Positions 40,688 to 52,714 of a stretch of DNA of 64,000 bases are shown here, one piece after another. The translations under genes and the position numbers were made by a program. A model generated the notes under the pieces. That model saw only the letters and a list, made by a program, of their open reading frames with translations, did no database searches and had not been told where the DNA came from. Every line of letters begins with the position of its first letter. The first letter of the stretch is position 1. Source of the stretch: Malacoraja senta (lineage: Eukaryota); contig CM075989.1 of assembly GCA_038087875.1 (NCBI GenBank), positions 23,066,001 through 23,130,000 of the forward strand. The letters run 5' to 3'.

Positions 40688-41222
40688 AAGGCCTGTCCCA
40701 TGGGCAGGCTGTTACTGGCGGTGTAGCAGGAAGTTGGGACCGCGTGTGGACTGCTAGAGACCTCACATGGCCCGCGGGGTCGGTCCCACCCAGACCGCCG
40801 GGACCGTATGTAGTTGGTCCCGACACCGTGCGGTGCTCAGAAAAGCTGACACTGTTTAAAAAATCTCAGCCGACTGCCCAACCGCCGCCTCTTCGCCGCG
40901 TGCATCTCCAGTGCGCCGCGAGCACTGCCTGTACGCCGCGAGCTGTCTTGACGTCATCGCGTAGCGCGTTGCGCGATGACGTCATCACCCGACGCCGCGC
41001 GACGTCCATTCCAGTCGGCCCGTGGGACAGGCCGTGCGGTGACCACCCGGGATACGTGCGGCAACAGCTTCCGGTAAGATTTAACTTACCGCATGCTCGT
41101 GGGACGCATCCGAGCGGCGCTCCCGCGGCATACGCGCGGTGCTCCAGCGGTAGCCGCGCGGTCCCCGCTTCCGGGACGCCGCGCTTCACCGGCAGTAACC
41201 GCCTGCCCGTGGTACAGGGCCA
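40688..41222. mobile_element. PIF/Harbinger-type non-autonomous element, CpG-rich, inserted in a CR1 fragment
   Basis: Imperfect 36-bp TIRs (29/36 by eye) related to the 29458 MITE; TTA at 40685-40687 and 41223-41225; flanks rejoin as CR1-like sequence. Confidence 0.8.
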
Positions 41223-42172
41223 TTATACTCCAAATGTGGCCTCACCAAAGTTTTATAAAGCTGAAATATGTCTTCCTGACTCTTAAACTCAAAGCCTCGA
41301 ATGATGCGCAGCTAAATACTTAAGCAATTTGAGAGTATCTATATTTCCTATCCTTTAACTGAAACTCATCTCCTCTGGTCACAGCCACTTCCACAAAGTT
41401 GAAAGGTTTCTCACCATCTGCTCAATCAATGCCCCTCAATTTTCTACACCTCAATCCGAGCTCCCCCAGGCTTCTCCACTCCACAGAAAAAAAACAGACC
41501 ACCTATGTTTTCCTCACAGCTGAAACACTTCACCCCAGGTAGCATTCTGGTGATTTTCCTCTGTACCCTGATTAAAGAAGGCAAGTGACCATTCTAAGGT
41601 TATTAATGTATATAACAAACAAAGGATACCAGCACCAATCCCAACACAACTGACCATAGGCATTCCATGGCTAAAACAGCCCTGCAACATCACACTTTGC
41701 CTCATCATTAGGCCAATGTTAATATAATTTGATAAAATGCCCAGGACTCTAATAGATTCACCCTTTTAATTACTTTCTCTTACTACCATCACCCCTCAAT
41801 ATATATTTTACTCTTAGAGTGACTCTGTTTTCAGTTCTCTAAACCTGCTACAAAGTAAATTTTATTTCTCATCCAATTCTTGACATCTAGCTGCCTTCAA
41901 GATTTATGTTTATTTATTTAATTTTATTTCAATGAACATTTTGATGGCGATCAGTTTCAACTTTTATCAAAGCTTTTACATTTAATTAATTTGCTGAAAT
42001 AAACAAGATACATCTTCCACAAAACAGCTAATGACTGACAAACTGTGAGTTTCTGATTCCAAGACCTTTATTGCTATGGCAGGAGTTTAAAGAACTATAC
42101 ATAACATACAAAACATCCAATTGAAAACAGTGAATATGGTGAAACAAGGATTCAAGGAACCTGTAGTAAACA

Positions 42173-42560
42173 TTAGACACAAAAAACTGGAGTAACTCAA
42201 CGGGTCAGGCAGCATCTCTGGAGAAAAGGAATAGGTGACTTTTTGCGACAAGACCCTTCTTCAGACTGAGTCAGGGGAAAGGAAAACGAGAGATATAGAC
42301 GGTGATAGAGATAAAGAATAAATGAATTAAAGATATACAAAAAAAGTAACGATGATCAAGGAAATGGGCCATTGTTGGCTGAGGGCTCAACAGGACGATG
42401 ATGATGTGGGGAAGAGAGGGTATTGCAAGGGCCACTTGAATTATACCATTGGGTTGTAAGCTCCAAAGAAATATAAGGAAACAAAGCCAATTGTGAATCA
42501 GGAGCAAATTGACCAACTGGAAGCAGAATAAATTGGGAACCACAATTTAACTGAATAATA
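42173..42560 (-). mobile_element. Penelope-like element 3' portion (decayed GIY-YIG C-terminus, 3'UTR and terminal repeat)
   Basis: LIFLWSLQPNG in ORF 42271..42543 resembles the PLE C-terminal IF.L..L.P.G.N motif; followed by the same terminal repeat; 3'UTR shared with 49772-50050. Confidence 0.65.
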
Positions 42561-42887
42561 GTCAGAGAACAGGTAAGAATGGGAATGGAAGAGGCTATCT
42601 GAAAGTGACCGATGGAGATGGGTGTGGGTATGGGTTCAGGTTCGGGGATGGGTGCGGTTAAGGAGGGATGGGTGAGGGGAGACGCGTGCGGGTGATGAAA
42701 ATTGAGATGGGTGGAATGGAGCTGGATGCAGTTGAGGGTGGGCTCTGCTGATTGCATGGGTGGGGATGAGGTGAGATGGGTGCCGGTGATGGGGGAGATG
42801 AGATGGGTGCCGGTGAGAGGGACATGGATCACAACCAGTTCGACAGTCGGGATACCGGGGCAGACACCAAGTAACTCCGTGGAAGCT

Positions 42888-44270
42888 CGGGGGGGGGGGG
42901 GGAGGTGAGTGTGGGGGGGGGGGGAGGTGAGTGTGGGGGGGGGGGGAGGTGAGTGTGGGGGGGGGGGGAGAGAGAGTGACGGTGGGGGGTGAGAGTGTGA
43001 GGGGGGGAAGAGTGTGAGGGGGGGGAAGAGCGTGAGGGGGGGAGAGCGTGAAGGGGGGGAGAAGAGTGTGAGGGGGGAGAAGAGTGTGAGGAGGGGAAGA
43101 GTGTGGGGGGGGGAGAAGAGTGTGAGGGGGGGAACAGTGATGGGGGGGGGAGAGTGATGAGGGGGGGGAGAGTGTGAGGGGGGAGAGTGTGAGGGGGGAA
43201 GTGTGTGAGGGGGGGGAAGAGTGTGAGGGGGGGGAAGAGTGTGAGGGGGGGAGAAGAGTGTGAGGGGGGGAACAGTGATGGGGGGGGGGAGAGTGATGAG
43301 GGGGGGGAAGAGTGATGAGGGGGGGAGAAGAGTGTGAGGGGGAGAAGAGTGTGATGAGGGGGGGGGAGAGAGTGTGAGGGGGGAAGAGTGTGAGGGGGGG
43401 GAAGAGTGTGAGGGGGAGTAGAGTGTGAGGGGGGGAAGAGTGATGAGGGGGGAAGAGTGATGAGGGGGAGAGAAGAGTGTGAGGGGGAGAAGAGTGTGAG
43501 GGGGAGAAGAGTGTGATGAGGGGGGGGGAGAGAGTGTGAGGGGGGAAGAGTGTGAGGGGGGGGAAGAGTGTGAGGGGGAGTAGAGTGTGAGGGGGGGAAG
43601 AGTGATGGGGGGGTAAGAGTGATGAGGGGGGGAGAGTGAGAGGGGGAGAAGAGTGTGAGGGGGGGAAGAGTGTGAGGGGGGAAGAGTGTGTGGGGGGGGT
43701 GTGAGGGGGGAAGAGTGTGAGGGGGGGAAGAGTGTGTGGGGGGGGGTGTGAGGGGGGAAGAGTGTGAGGGGGGAAGAGTGCGAGGGGGGAAGAGCGTGAG
43801 GGGGGAAGAGCGTGAGGGGGTGGAAGAGTGATGAGGGGGGAAGAGTGATGAGGGGGGGAAGAGTGATGAGGGGGGGAAGAGTGATGAGGGGGAGAAGAGT
43901 GATGAGGGGGAGAAGAGTGTGTGGGGGGGGTGTGAGGGGGGAAGAGTGTGTGGGGGGGGTGTGAGGGGGGAAGAGTGTGAGGGGGGGAGAAGAGTGTGAG
44001 GGGGGAAGAGTGTGTGGGGGGGGTGTGAGGGGGGAAGAGTGCGAGGGGGGAAGAGCGTGAGGGGGGGAAGAGCGTGAGGGGGTGGAAGAGTGATGAGTTG
44101 GAGAAGAGTGATGAGGGGGAGAAGAGTGATGAGGGGGTGGAAGAGTGATGAGGGGGTGGAAGAGTGATGAGGGGGGAAGAGTGATGAGGGGGAGAAGAGT
44201 GATGAGGGGGGGAAGAGTGATGAGGGGGAGAAGAGTGATGAGGGGGGGGGGGGAAGAGTGAGGGGAAGAG
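42888..44270. repeat. G-rich minisatellite, about 17-bp unit GAAGAGTG(TG/ATG)AGGGGGG
   Basis: About 1.4 kb directly visible; begins about 50 bp inside ELL intron 1. Confidence 0.97.
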
Positions 44271-44640
44271 CGCTCCCCGGTTACCAGACGGGCTCCGGCC
44301 GCCCACCCACCCACTCACTCACCGCCAGCCGCTCATACGCCTCGAGTGCCCGCAGCGCCGTGTCGGTGAGCTTGAGGTGGTAGATGGAGAGGCGCTGACG
44401 GCAGCCCACCCGCCGCCCGCACGACAGTCCGAAGCGCCGCTCCTCGCCCAGCGCCGCCGCCGCCATCTTACAGCAGCGAGAGAACGAGCGAGCGAGCGAG
44501 CGCCGCCTCCTCCTCCTCCTCCCGCTCCCGGAGCCCGGACCCGCTCCTCCTGCTCCTCGTCCTCGTCCTCGCGCTCCAGCAGCAGCCGCTCACTCACTCA
44601 CTCACTCACTCACCCAGCCCAGCCCGGGAGCGCTGTCACT
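44270..44640 (-). promoter_or_regulatory. CpG island / 5'UTR-promoter of the ELL-family gene; YY1-type AAGATGGCGG motif overlapping the start codon
   Basis: Dense CpG, GCG and GAG repeats around exon 1; plus-strand ccgccatctt spans the ATG. TSS not determinable. Confidence 0.75.
44323..44466 (-). CDS. ELL2-like: ELL-family Pol II elongation factor, coding exon 1 (MAAAALGEERRFGLSCG...YHLKLTDTALRALEAYERLA), 144 nt, phase 0
   Basis: Resembles the ELL/ELL2 N-terminus (GLSCG...HVKLT.TA.RA.E.Y). ATG in AAGATGG context within a CpG island; GTGAGT donor at 44322-44317. Paralog (ELL2-like vs ELL3) cannot be resolved without phylogeny or synteny. Confidence 0.93.
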
Positions 44641-44785
44641 CAATGCACCGGGGGGGGGGGTAGATAGGGCAATGCAAACTGTCACTTCATGCACCGGGGA
44701 GGAGAGTTTAACTTATTGCAACCTGCCGCTCGTTGCACCGGGAGGACAATGAAACTGTGTCGGGGAGGGCAGTGCAACCTGTCAT

Positions 44786-44926
44786 TCAATGCACGGGGAG
44801 GGCAGTCGCTCAATGCACCGGGGAGGGCAGTCGCTCAATGCACCGGGGAGGGCAGTCGCTCAATGCACCGGGGAGGGCAGTCGCTCAATGCACCGGGGAG
44901 GGCAGTCGCTCAATGCACCGGGGGAG
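44786..44926. repeat. 25-bp minisatellite TCGCTCAATGCACCGGGGAGGGCAG (about 5.5 copies)
   Basis: TCGCT recurs at 44806, 44831, 44856, 44881 and 44906. Confidence 0.93.
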
Positions 44927-45248
44927 GACAGTGCAATGCAAACTGTCACTTAATGCAACAGGAACTTAATGCAACTGTGTCGGGAAGGGCAGTGCAATCT
45001 GGCGAGGGCGGTGCAACCTATCACTGAATGCACCGGGGAGGGAAATACAAACTGTCACTTAGTGCACCCGGGAACTTAATGCAACTGTGTCGGGAAGGGG
45101 CAATGAAACTGTCACAATGCACCGGGGAGGGCAATACAACTGTATCGGGAAGGGCAGTGCAACCCGTCAGTCAATGCACGGGAGAGCTGTCACCCAATGC
45201 ACCCGGACGGCAGTGCAAACCATCACTCAACGCAGCGGGCGGGGAATG

Positions 45249-45611
45249 CACTTAATGCATCGAGAGGGCGATGCAACCCGGCACTTAATGCATCGAGAGG
45301 GCGATGCAACCTGGCACTTAATGCATAGAGAGGGCGATGCAACCTGGCACTTAATGCATAGAGAGGGCGATGCAACCTGGCACTTAATGCATAGAGAGGG
45401 CGATGCAACCTGGCACTTAATGCATAGAGAGGGCGATGCAACCTGGCACTTAATGCATCGAGAGGGCGATGCAACCTGGCACTTAATGCATAGAGAGGGC
45501 GATGCAACCTGGCACTTAATGCATAGAGAGGGCGATGCAACCTGGCACTTTATGCATCGAGAGGGCGATGCAACCTGGCACTTAATGCATAGAGAGGGCG
45601 ATGCAACCTGC
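45249..45611. repeat. 33-bp minisatellite CACTTAATGCATAGAGAGGGCGATGCAACCTGG (11 copies)
   Basis: Visible directly; gives the 11-aa periodic ORFs. Confidence 0.95.
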
Positions 45612-47768
45612 CAGTCCATTCACGGCCACCCAGCTCCACAATCGATGCAACATCACGGGGGGGGGGGGGGCGGCAGAGCAAACTCTCATTCCAAGCCACA
45701 GCGTCTGCACTGCACATCTCTCACTCTGTGTCGGGGCGATGGGAACTCGGTGAGACCTATCGGCCAGCACACTGCCTTCTGTCACAGAATACAACGGAAA
45801 CATATAGTCTTTCACTCAATATCCCGTGAATATAAACACATCAGCAACCTGTCATTGATAAAACACTGAATAGTTTACTCAAAGATAGGGAGCACACAGT
45901 ATTCTGTAACACAGTATACCTAAAACAGACAGACAAAACATGTCTTATCACTCAGTGGACTTGAAATAATTCGTGCAAAGTTACACAAAGTGCTGGAGTA
46001 ACTCATAAAGTCATAAGGAATAGGAGTTGAATTAGGCCATTCAGCCCATCAAGACTTCGCCATTCAATCGTGGTTGATCTATCTCTCCCTCCTAACCCAT
46101 TCTCCTGCCTTCTCCCATAACCTCTAACACCTGTACTAATCAAGAATCCATCCATCTCTGCCTGAAAAATATCCACTGACTTGGCCTCCACAGCCTTCTG
46201 TGGCAATGAATTCCACAGATTCACCACCCTCAGAGATAGATCAGCCATGATTGAATGGCAGAGTAGACTTGATGGGCCAAATGGCCTAATTCTCCTACAA
46301 TCATTTATGACCTAATATATGGTACTGACATCACCATGTGTGAAAGCATTGCAGCACTCTCACTGATGTGCTGGGGCCATTGTATTCAGCGATGCATGCA
46401 CTGGAAATAATTTGCAGAAAACAGCAAGAAGGCGCCTTGCAATGTTACCTAATGCAATGGGACTTGTACGTGCATAGAAATCGGGTATCCTGTGGATTAA
46501 GAGCAGCATATAATTGGGGAGGGAGGACACCATGTCCCCTGTCACCCTACACAGCTGCAACAATGTGTATACAGTGAAAAATAACACCTGTTAACCAGTC
46601 ACTTACTGAACCTTAGATAAGAGGTAATATTCTGTCAATGTATAGGCAAGGAGAATGGCCGGCAACCAACAATCCAGGGACAGTGTTTACCAATGGACCA
46701 AGGGTATCATCAAACAAGCTGCTCGTCCCCCAAGGACTGGAGAGGGGGACAGAGGGAGCCTGCAACTGCGGAATCAAGAGCAAGGGGGGTAAAAGGGTGA
46801 ACCAGGGTCTTACCTTCTGCTCCCTCGAGGTCGGTTGCAGGAGGAGCCCCCCTCCACGGGGCACGGAGGCTGAAGGGGGCCGGGTGAGGAGAGGAGAGGG
46901 ACGACGGTTCATGGGACGACCCGGACGGAGGCGACGGTTGGAGGCCCTGCAGCAGCCTGGGGCTCGCCTGGATCAGACACCGCTCCAGGAGACCGAGCGC
47001 ACTGGACTTGGAAAATAGTGGGATAATCTGGGATTGTGCTTGGGTACTGAATTGTACTTTATTGTACTGTACTTCAGATACTTTACTGAACTGCATTAAT
47101 GAAAACCATTGAACCATATTCTGACAAAGGACTAAAACTGAATTGCATTATGAGACTATCTTTACCAAAAGGATTGCAGTGGTTCAAGAATGCATCTCTC
47201 CTAAGGGCAATTGGGAATGGATGATACAGTAAATGCTAGTCATATCAGCAACACTTAGATCTTAAAAATGAATGATACAAAATGGGCAAGACACAAAATG
47301 CTGGAGTAACTCAGTGAGTCAGACAGACAATAGACAATAAACAATAGGTGCAGGAGTACTCCATTCGGCCCTTCGAGCCAGCACCGCCATTCAATGTGAT
47401 CATGGCTGATCATCCCCAATCAGTATCCCGTTCCTGCCTTCTCCCCGCTATATTTAAGAGCCCTATCTAGCTCTCTCATGAAAGCATCCAGAGAACCAGC
47501 CTCCACCGCTCTCTGAGGCAGAGAATTCCACTGGCAGCATCTCTGGAGAAAAGGAATAGGTGACGTTTCAGGTCGAGACCCCACGTCTGACTGAGAGACA
47601 GGGTAAAAAAGGGCTATTTAGTGACTGAACTGTCAGTCACAGGAGTTCAGGATGAGCAGGATGCATCAGCACCACATCTGTGTAGCCAAGGATAGGAGTT
47701 AACAGTTAACATGCCAGGTACCTTGAAATCTTCTGAATGCTATTAAAAAAATCTTTATCCTTTAAAGA

Positions 47769-47910
47769 GGGGGTGGGAGATTGCAACCTTCACGTGGTCG
47801 GCCCTGTTTCGACGAATGCAATCAACCTGGCGTGCACAATCAAATAAGATCAAATAGAACAAGTTGTCCTACAATTTTAGGCTGTGCACGCCATACGCAA
47901 GAAGAAGAAG
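47769..47910 (+). mobile_element. Short 3' end of a non-LTR retroposon with (GAA)n tail (Ingi/Vingi-like, inferred)
   Basis: Perfect TSD ATCCTTTAAAGA at 47757-47768 and 47911-47922; 11-bp stem at 47828-47838 / 47883-47893. Confidence 0.75.
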
Positions 47911-48533
47911 ATCCTTTAAAGATAGTGGTAAATTTGCAAAATTGTTTCCCCAGTTCACGTTCAAATTTGCCGTAATATATTTCTATATTTCAGGCAAATA
48001 ATGCAACATCAATTAAAAAATTGACGACAGATATTAATATTGTGTCAAATAAATATTATTTACCAAATATCAGACCCCGCTGCATAAATGGCAATAAACA
48101 ACAAAATCGATATGTATAATATGGATGATCATTCATACAGTAATCATTAAATTAACAAATGTCTTGCAGCTGGATATTCATTGACCTAACATCATCTAAA
48201 ACTTCATTAACTTAAACTCTCGTAAGATTTCGGCAGTAAAGTTGTGCAATCTGTAACTATTTAATGATGTGATACTTATTGATCTGCTGAACACTATACA
48301 TCCAGCCAGGTGTTATTTATTGGCGTAGCTAGTATTGATCCAAGCTGCAGAGCACGATCTGTATTTCATTCGACTATTGAATTATGTTAATTGGACTGAA
48401 ATACATTTTTTTTCTGGCACTTGCCACAATGTTAATTCAAAAGACTTGCATTTATAACAACTTTGGGGAACAGGGCCATAGGCTATGAAATTCCATTCAG
48501 AAGTTCTCTGAGCCTCTGTAAAACATATATATG

Positions 48534-48792
48534 TGAAGATAGACACAAAATGCTGGAGTAACTCAGTGGGTCAGGCAGCATCTCTGAAGAGAAGGAATAG
48601 GTGACGTTTCGGGTCGGGACCCTTCTTCAGACTGAGAGTCAGAGGAGCCGGGAAACCAGAGGTATTAAAATACACAGGGTACCTGTGGTTTCCTCTATTC
48701 TTTATCTCCAGGGATGCCTCCTAACCCACTGAGTTACTCCAGCATTTTGTGTCTATCTTCAGTGTAAACCAGCATCTGCAGTTCCTTCCTAA
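48534..48792. mobile_element. Palindromic PLE-derived insertion
   Basis: Inverted arms TGAAGATAGACACAAAATGCTGGAGTAACTCAG / CTGAGTTACTCCAGCATTTTGTGTCTATCTTCA. Confidence 0.8.
48603..48630 (-). ncRNA. Hammerhead ribozyme core motif
   Basis: Reverse complement reads CTGAAGAAGGGTCCCGACCCGAAACGTC. Confidence 0.6.
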
Positions 48793-48974
48793 ACATACAT
48801 CTGTAAAGGTTGTATTTATATCGCGTTCTTTGGCTGTGTTTTAGTTTTAAAGATAAAGCATGGAAACCGCCCCTGCTGTCCGCCAAGTCCACAGACCATC
48901 ATAAGGAGAACATGCGAACTCCACATAGACAGTGTTATGGTTAACACTGTCTATGTGTTATAGACAGACGATGG

Positions 48975-49272
48975 TTAGTTTAGAGACACAGCATGGGAAC
49001 AGGCCCTTTGCCCATCGAGTCTACACTGATGATTGATCACCTGTCATCATTAGTTCCATGGTATTCCACTCTACCCATTTGGGGCAATGTTACAGAGGGC
49101 CAATTAACCTACAAATCTGCATGGGTTTGGGATGTGGGAGGTAATCGGAGCACCCGAAGGAAAAGCACGCGGTCACAGAAAGAACATGCATACTCCACAC
49201 GGACACTATCTGAGGTTGGGATCGAACCCGGGTCTCTGGCACTGCGAGGCAGCAGCTCTACCCGCTGCGCCA
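48975..49272 (-). mobile_element. tRNA-derived SINE (HE1-like), diverged
   Basis: GGGATCGAACCC box B and family body. Confidence 0.7.
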
Positions 49273-50830
49273 ATTCCCATTCTGCGTGAATTTTGGTCTA
49301 TGCTTCGTGGAACAACCGATGACAAGAACTATGTAAATGCAAATAGTTTTTTGATGCTGTCAAGGAAATTTTAACGTCACAATTTTGAACAGTCTTCAGT
49401 CAGTATTAACATGAAATGCATGAAAAACATAAAAGCATGCAAAAAATAGTATTTTCTTCGGCAAAATGAATGAAGTGTGGCAATGGTTTCACATGGACCA
49501 GATTTGTTTACATACTGCTCCTCTCAATGACACTGACTCAGTTAGCTCCTGCTGAGCTGTTTGTATTTAGCTTCACAGTTGTCCAATCAGTAGGACAATT
49601 ACTATTTTAGCATTTTAATTGATCCTGAAGGAAAATGCTATAGAGACAGGTATCTGAAATTTAAAAAACAGAGAATACTGCATATTCTCAGCAGGACAAA
49701 CAGCATCAAGAGAGAGAACTAGAGAATGAACATTTCAGGTGACAAATGTTTTACCCAAACTGCAGAAAGGTTAGACGCAAAGTGCTGGATTAACTCAGCG
49801 GATCAGGCAGCATCTCTGGAGAAAAGGAATAGGTGACGTTTTGGGTCGAGACCATTCTTCAGACTGAGAGTCGGGGAAAGGGAAATGAGAGATATAGATG
49901 GTAATATGGAGAGATATTGAACAAATGAATGAAAGATATGAAAATGTAACAATGATCAAGGAAAAGTGGATCATCATTACTTTTTTTGCATATCTTTCAT
50001 TCACTTGTTTTATATCTCTCTATATCACCGTCTACAGTATATCTCTCATTTCTGCCTGCCAAGGATAGACATAGTCAACCACAGCAGAGATGTAACAACA
50101 GATGAAACAGTCCCCCATCCAAGCAGGACAACGTCAAAGCTGCACCATCATCTCCCGCAGATGGGCAGATGCCAGTTTCAGTTCCAGTTCAGTGGAGGTA
50201 CAGTGAAAAGCTTTTGTTGCATGCTATCCAGTCAGCGGAAAGACAACACATGATTACAATCGAGCCATTTTCAGTGTACAGATACATGATAAGGGAATAA
50301 CATTTAGTGCAAGGTAAAGCCAGTTAAGTCCGATCAAAGGTACAGCGAGGGTCACAACTATGCATATTAACTGAAAAGCCGCCTTCCTTGCTATGATGTT
50401 GCATGATTCAATTAAAACGTGCAATAATTTCCAAAGCAAACAGTTCTATAAACAGTGACTCTCACTGACTATTGCAATATTCAATGAATTAACCCTCTTG
50501 AAATGGCCTTTTATGTTCAGAATCAATTTGCTCAATCTCATGAAAAGCAGCTGTGCACATTTCATACATCAGGGCGAAAATTTACAACCAAATAAACTAG
50601 CTGGGCTGATATTCTAAATAAAAGTAAGAATGTTTGCAGCTGGTAAATTCTCTGCACAAATGACATCTGATTTTTGCAGTGTTTAATCATTGATTATTCG
50701 GGTACAGGTATTGCTTGGATGGATCCCCTATGTTAGCATTGGGCCTGGCTCATAGAGTCCATAAGGTCATTCAGCACAGAAACAGCCCCTTCATCCCACC
50801 ATGTCCATGCTGACCATGAACACCTATCTA

Positions 50831-51008
50831 AGGTAGACAAAAATGCTGGAGAAACTCAGCGGGTGAGGCAGCATCTATGGAGCGAAGGAATAGGTGACGT
50901 TTCAGGTCCATAGATTCCTTCGCTCCATAGATGCTGCCTCACCTGCTGAGTTTCTCCAGCATTTTTGTCTACCTTCGATTTTTCCAGCATCTGCAGTTCT
51001 TTCTTAAA
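50831..51008. mobile_element. Palindromic PLE-derived short insertion
   Basis: About 60-bp inverted arms; perfect TSD CATGAACACCTATCTA at 50815-50830 and 51009-51024. Confidence 0.85.
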
Positions 51009-51237
51009 CATGAACACCTATCTATACTTCTCCCACTCACCACTGGTCCATTGCTAGCTATCTCTTGGCGCTTTGAATATTAAACTTATACATAAGTTTA
51101 AGGTGAAGGGGATACGATTTAATAGGAACCTGAGGGGTAATTTCTTCACACAAAGGGTGGTGGGTGTATGGAACGAGCTGCCTCAGGAGAGCGATATATA
51201 TAGATATTTATGTATCTCCCTCTCCCCTGACATCAGT

Positions 51238-51265
51238 CTGAAGAAGGGTCTTGACCCGAAACGTC
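51238..51265 (+). ncRNA. Hammerhead ribozyme core motif
   Basis: CTGAAGAAGGGTCTTGACCCGAAACGTC. Confidence 0.6.
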
Positions 51266-52080
51266 ACCCATTCCTTCTTTACAGAGATGCTGCCTGTCCG
51301 GCTGAGTTACTCCAGCATTTTGTGACTATCTTCGGCTTAAACCAGCATCTGCAGTTCCTTCCTACATAATTGAGACAGGGACTATCCCAACTTTTAAGAA
51401 ACAATTAGACAGGTTCATGGATAGATCAGGTTTGGAGGGATATGGGCTAAACGCTGGTGGGTGGGACAAATGTTGCTGGGGCATGTTGGCCGGTGTGGGC
51501 AAGTTGGGCCGAAGGGCCTGTTTCCACACTGTATCTCTCTATGACTCTATAAAAAATCTAGAGAAAATATTGCAGACTTGTGGACCTCACAATAACTCAC
51601 TTTACCTTGAAGTTGTATTGTTTAGCACAGTTAGACATTATGCAACTTTAAAGAATTTAAAAGCTTATATAGCAGTCATATTTGAAATGAGTCATGACGG
51701 AGTAATTCAGACAGCATAGTTGTTCATTTACCATCTCATTTAAAGTTGTAGCCAACAGAAGAATCTACTGATAAAATATTTTAATGAGGGTGTGACCTCG
51801 TTAGACCAGATTGATTATGATACCTATTAACAAAAATAAACTCTGGAGTGAGGATTGATGAGATAAAACTGAAGATGTTGCAGGCATCTGTGGAGAGAGG
51901 AGATGATCAAAACTGGAAAACGAGGAAACCAACATGCTTTAAGTTGTAGAGATGGGGACCAGTACCGACCAGCGTTCACCCCGTACACTAGCACTAGCCT
52001 GCACACCAGGGACAATTTACAACCTTTCCCAGGATCATTCACAATTTTTTTTACTGAAGCCAATTAACCTACAAACCTGT

Positions 52081-52225
52081 TTAAGAAGGAACTGCAGATG
52101 CTGGAAAATCGAAGGTAGACAAAAATGCTGGAGAAACTCAGCGGGTGCAGCAGCATCTATGGAGCGAAGGAAATAGGCAACGTTTCGGGCCGAAACCCTT
52201 CAGACTGAAGACTAACCTGAAGACA
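52081..52225 (-). mobile_element. Single-arm PLE-derived insertion within a SINE
   Basis: Perfect TSD TAACCTACAAACCTGT at 52065-52080 and 52226-52241. Confidence 0.8.
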
Positions 52226-52714
52226 TAACCTACAAACCTGTATGTCTCTGGTGCTGTAGGGTAGCAACTCTACCACTGCTCCACTGTGCCGCCCCTTAGA
52301 GTAGAGAGAAGAGATGGAATGTCAATTGTATAGAACAGTACAGCACAGGAACGGGCCCTTCGCCCCTCAATGTTTGTGCTAAACATGATGCCAGGTTAAA
52401 CTGCTCTCATGTGCCTGCACGCGATCCATATCCCTCTATCCCCTGCACTTCCATGTGCCTGTCTAAAAGCCTCTTAAATGGCACCATCATATCTGCCTCC
52501 ACCACCACCCCTGGCAGTGTGTTCCAGGCCCCCACCACTCTCTGTGATTCCACATTTATTGAAGCCCGAGGTTGCTCACGTCACACAACTGTTTATTGTG
52601 TTATCTAGTTAGTGGATGAATGGGGGCTGTCAGAGAAAATGGAACAAAAAAAAGTAACATGAGATGCAGAACACAGTTATTCACATTGATTGAAGGTAGT
52701 TGCTGAGGAAGTTG

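Noticed and set aside
40744..41286. 180-aa and 107-aa GC-rich ORFs
   Set aside because: Lie within a non-autonomous MITE; no transposase motifs.
42356..44318. 652-aa and 560-aa Pro/His/Ser-rich ORFs (extensin-like)
   Set aside because: Stop-free translations of the C-rich minisatellite strand inside intron 1.
45087..45869. ORF with HLMHREGDATW repeats; CRISPR-like look of the 33-bp array
   Set aside because: Head-to-tail minisatellite with no unique spacers and no cas genes, in vertebrate DNA.
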